In this document: positions 63,825-64,000 of the stretch, piece after piece
Layout: the number at the start of each line of letters is the position of its first letter
Position numbering within the stretch: position 1 is the stretch's first letter
DNA from: Octopus sinensis
Lineage: Eukaryota
Length of the DNA: 64,000 nt
Direction: 5' to 3'
Assembly: GCF_006345805.1 (NCBI RefSeq)
Contig: NC_042999.1
Span: 65,596,001 to 65,660,000 of the forward strand
Made by a program: the position numbers and the translations under genes
Notes under the pieces: model-generated
What the model was told of the DNA's origin: nothing
The model's input: the letters and a program-made list of their open reading frames with translations, nothing else
The model's database searches: none

Positions 63825-64000
63825 AGTATATATACATATATATGTATGTATGTAAGTATATATACATATATATGTATGTATGTAAGTATATATACATATA
63901 TATGTATGTATGTAAGTATATATATATATATGTATGTAAGTATATATATATATATATATATGTAAGTATATATATATTATATGTATGTAAGTATATATAT
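63433..64000. repeat. GTATGTAAG(TA)n composite microsatellite
   Basis: Direct reading. Confidence 0.95.

Noticed and set aside
63022-63897. 291 aa minus-strand ORF
   Set aside because: It is mostly microsatellite. Its unique part is an off-frame reading of LINE ORF1; the Cys/His motif frame is different.

Overview
This is AT-rich, repeat-saturated eukaryotic DNA. The SINE families and dense (TA)n/(CA)n microsatellites suggest an octopus (coleoid cephalopod); that is inferred from recognising the repeats, not from a search. No host protein-coding gene can be supported, and only weak exon candidates exist. The window holds: about 25 tRNA-headed SINE copies from three families; two young, near-identical APE+RT LINEs of the CR1/L2 group in tail-to-tail inverted orientation (53.5-56.5 kb + and 59.8-63.4 kb -), the second keeping an ORF1 tail with two tandem CCCH-type motifs; an older LINE fragment (20-21.5 kb); a full-length frameshifted DD34D mariner nested in a SINE; a decayed Tc1-like element with DD36E spacing; Penelope RT, L1/Tx1-like ORF1 and RLE-type fragments; a Helitron-like element; two ~1-1.3 kb tandem duplications bounded by (TA)n; several palindromes; and a 100-N scaffold gap. 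The most notable signal is a 2.4 kb non-coding fold-back element (45077-47470). Each of its ~280 bp inverted arms carries an intact minimal type-I hammerhead ribozyme, one per strand, consistent with a Penelope-derived or retrozyme-like element. Most long ORFs in the supplied track are microsatellite artefacts. Repeat boundaries were read by eye and are approximate.
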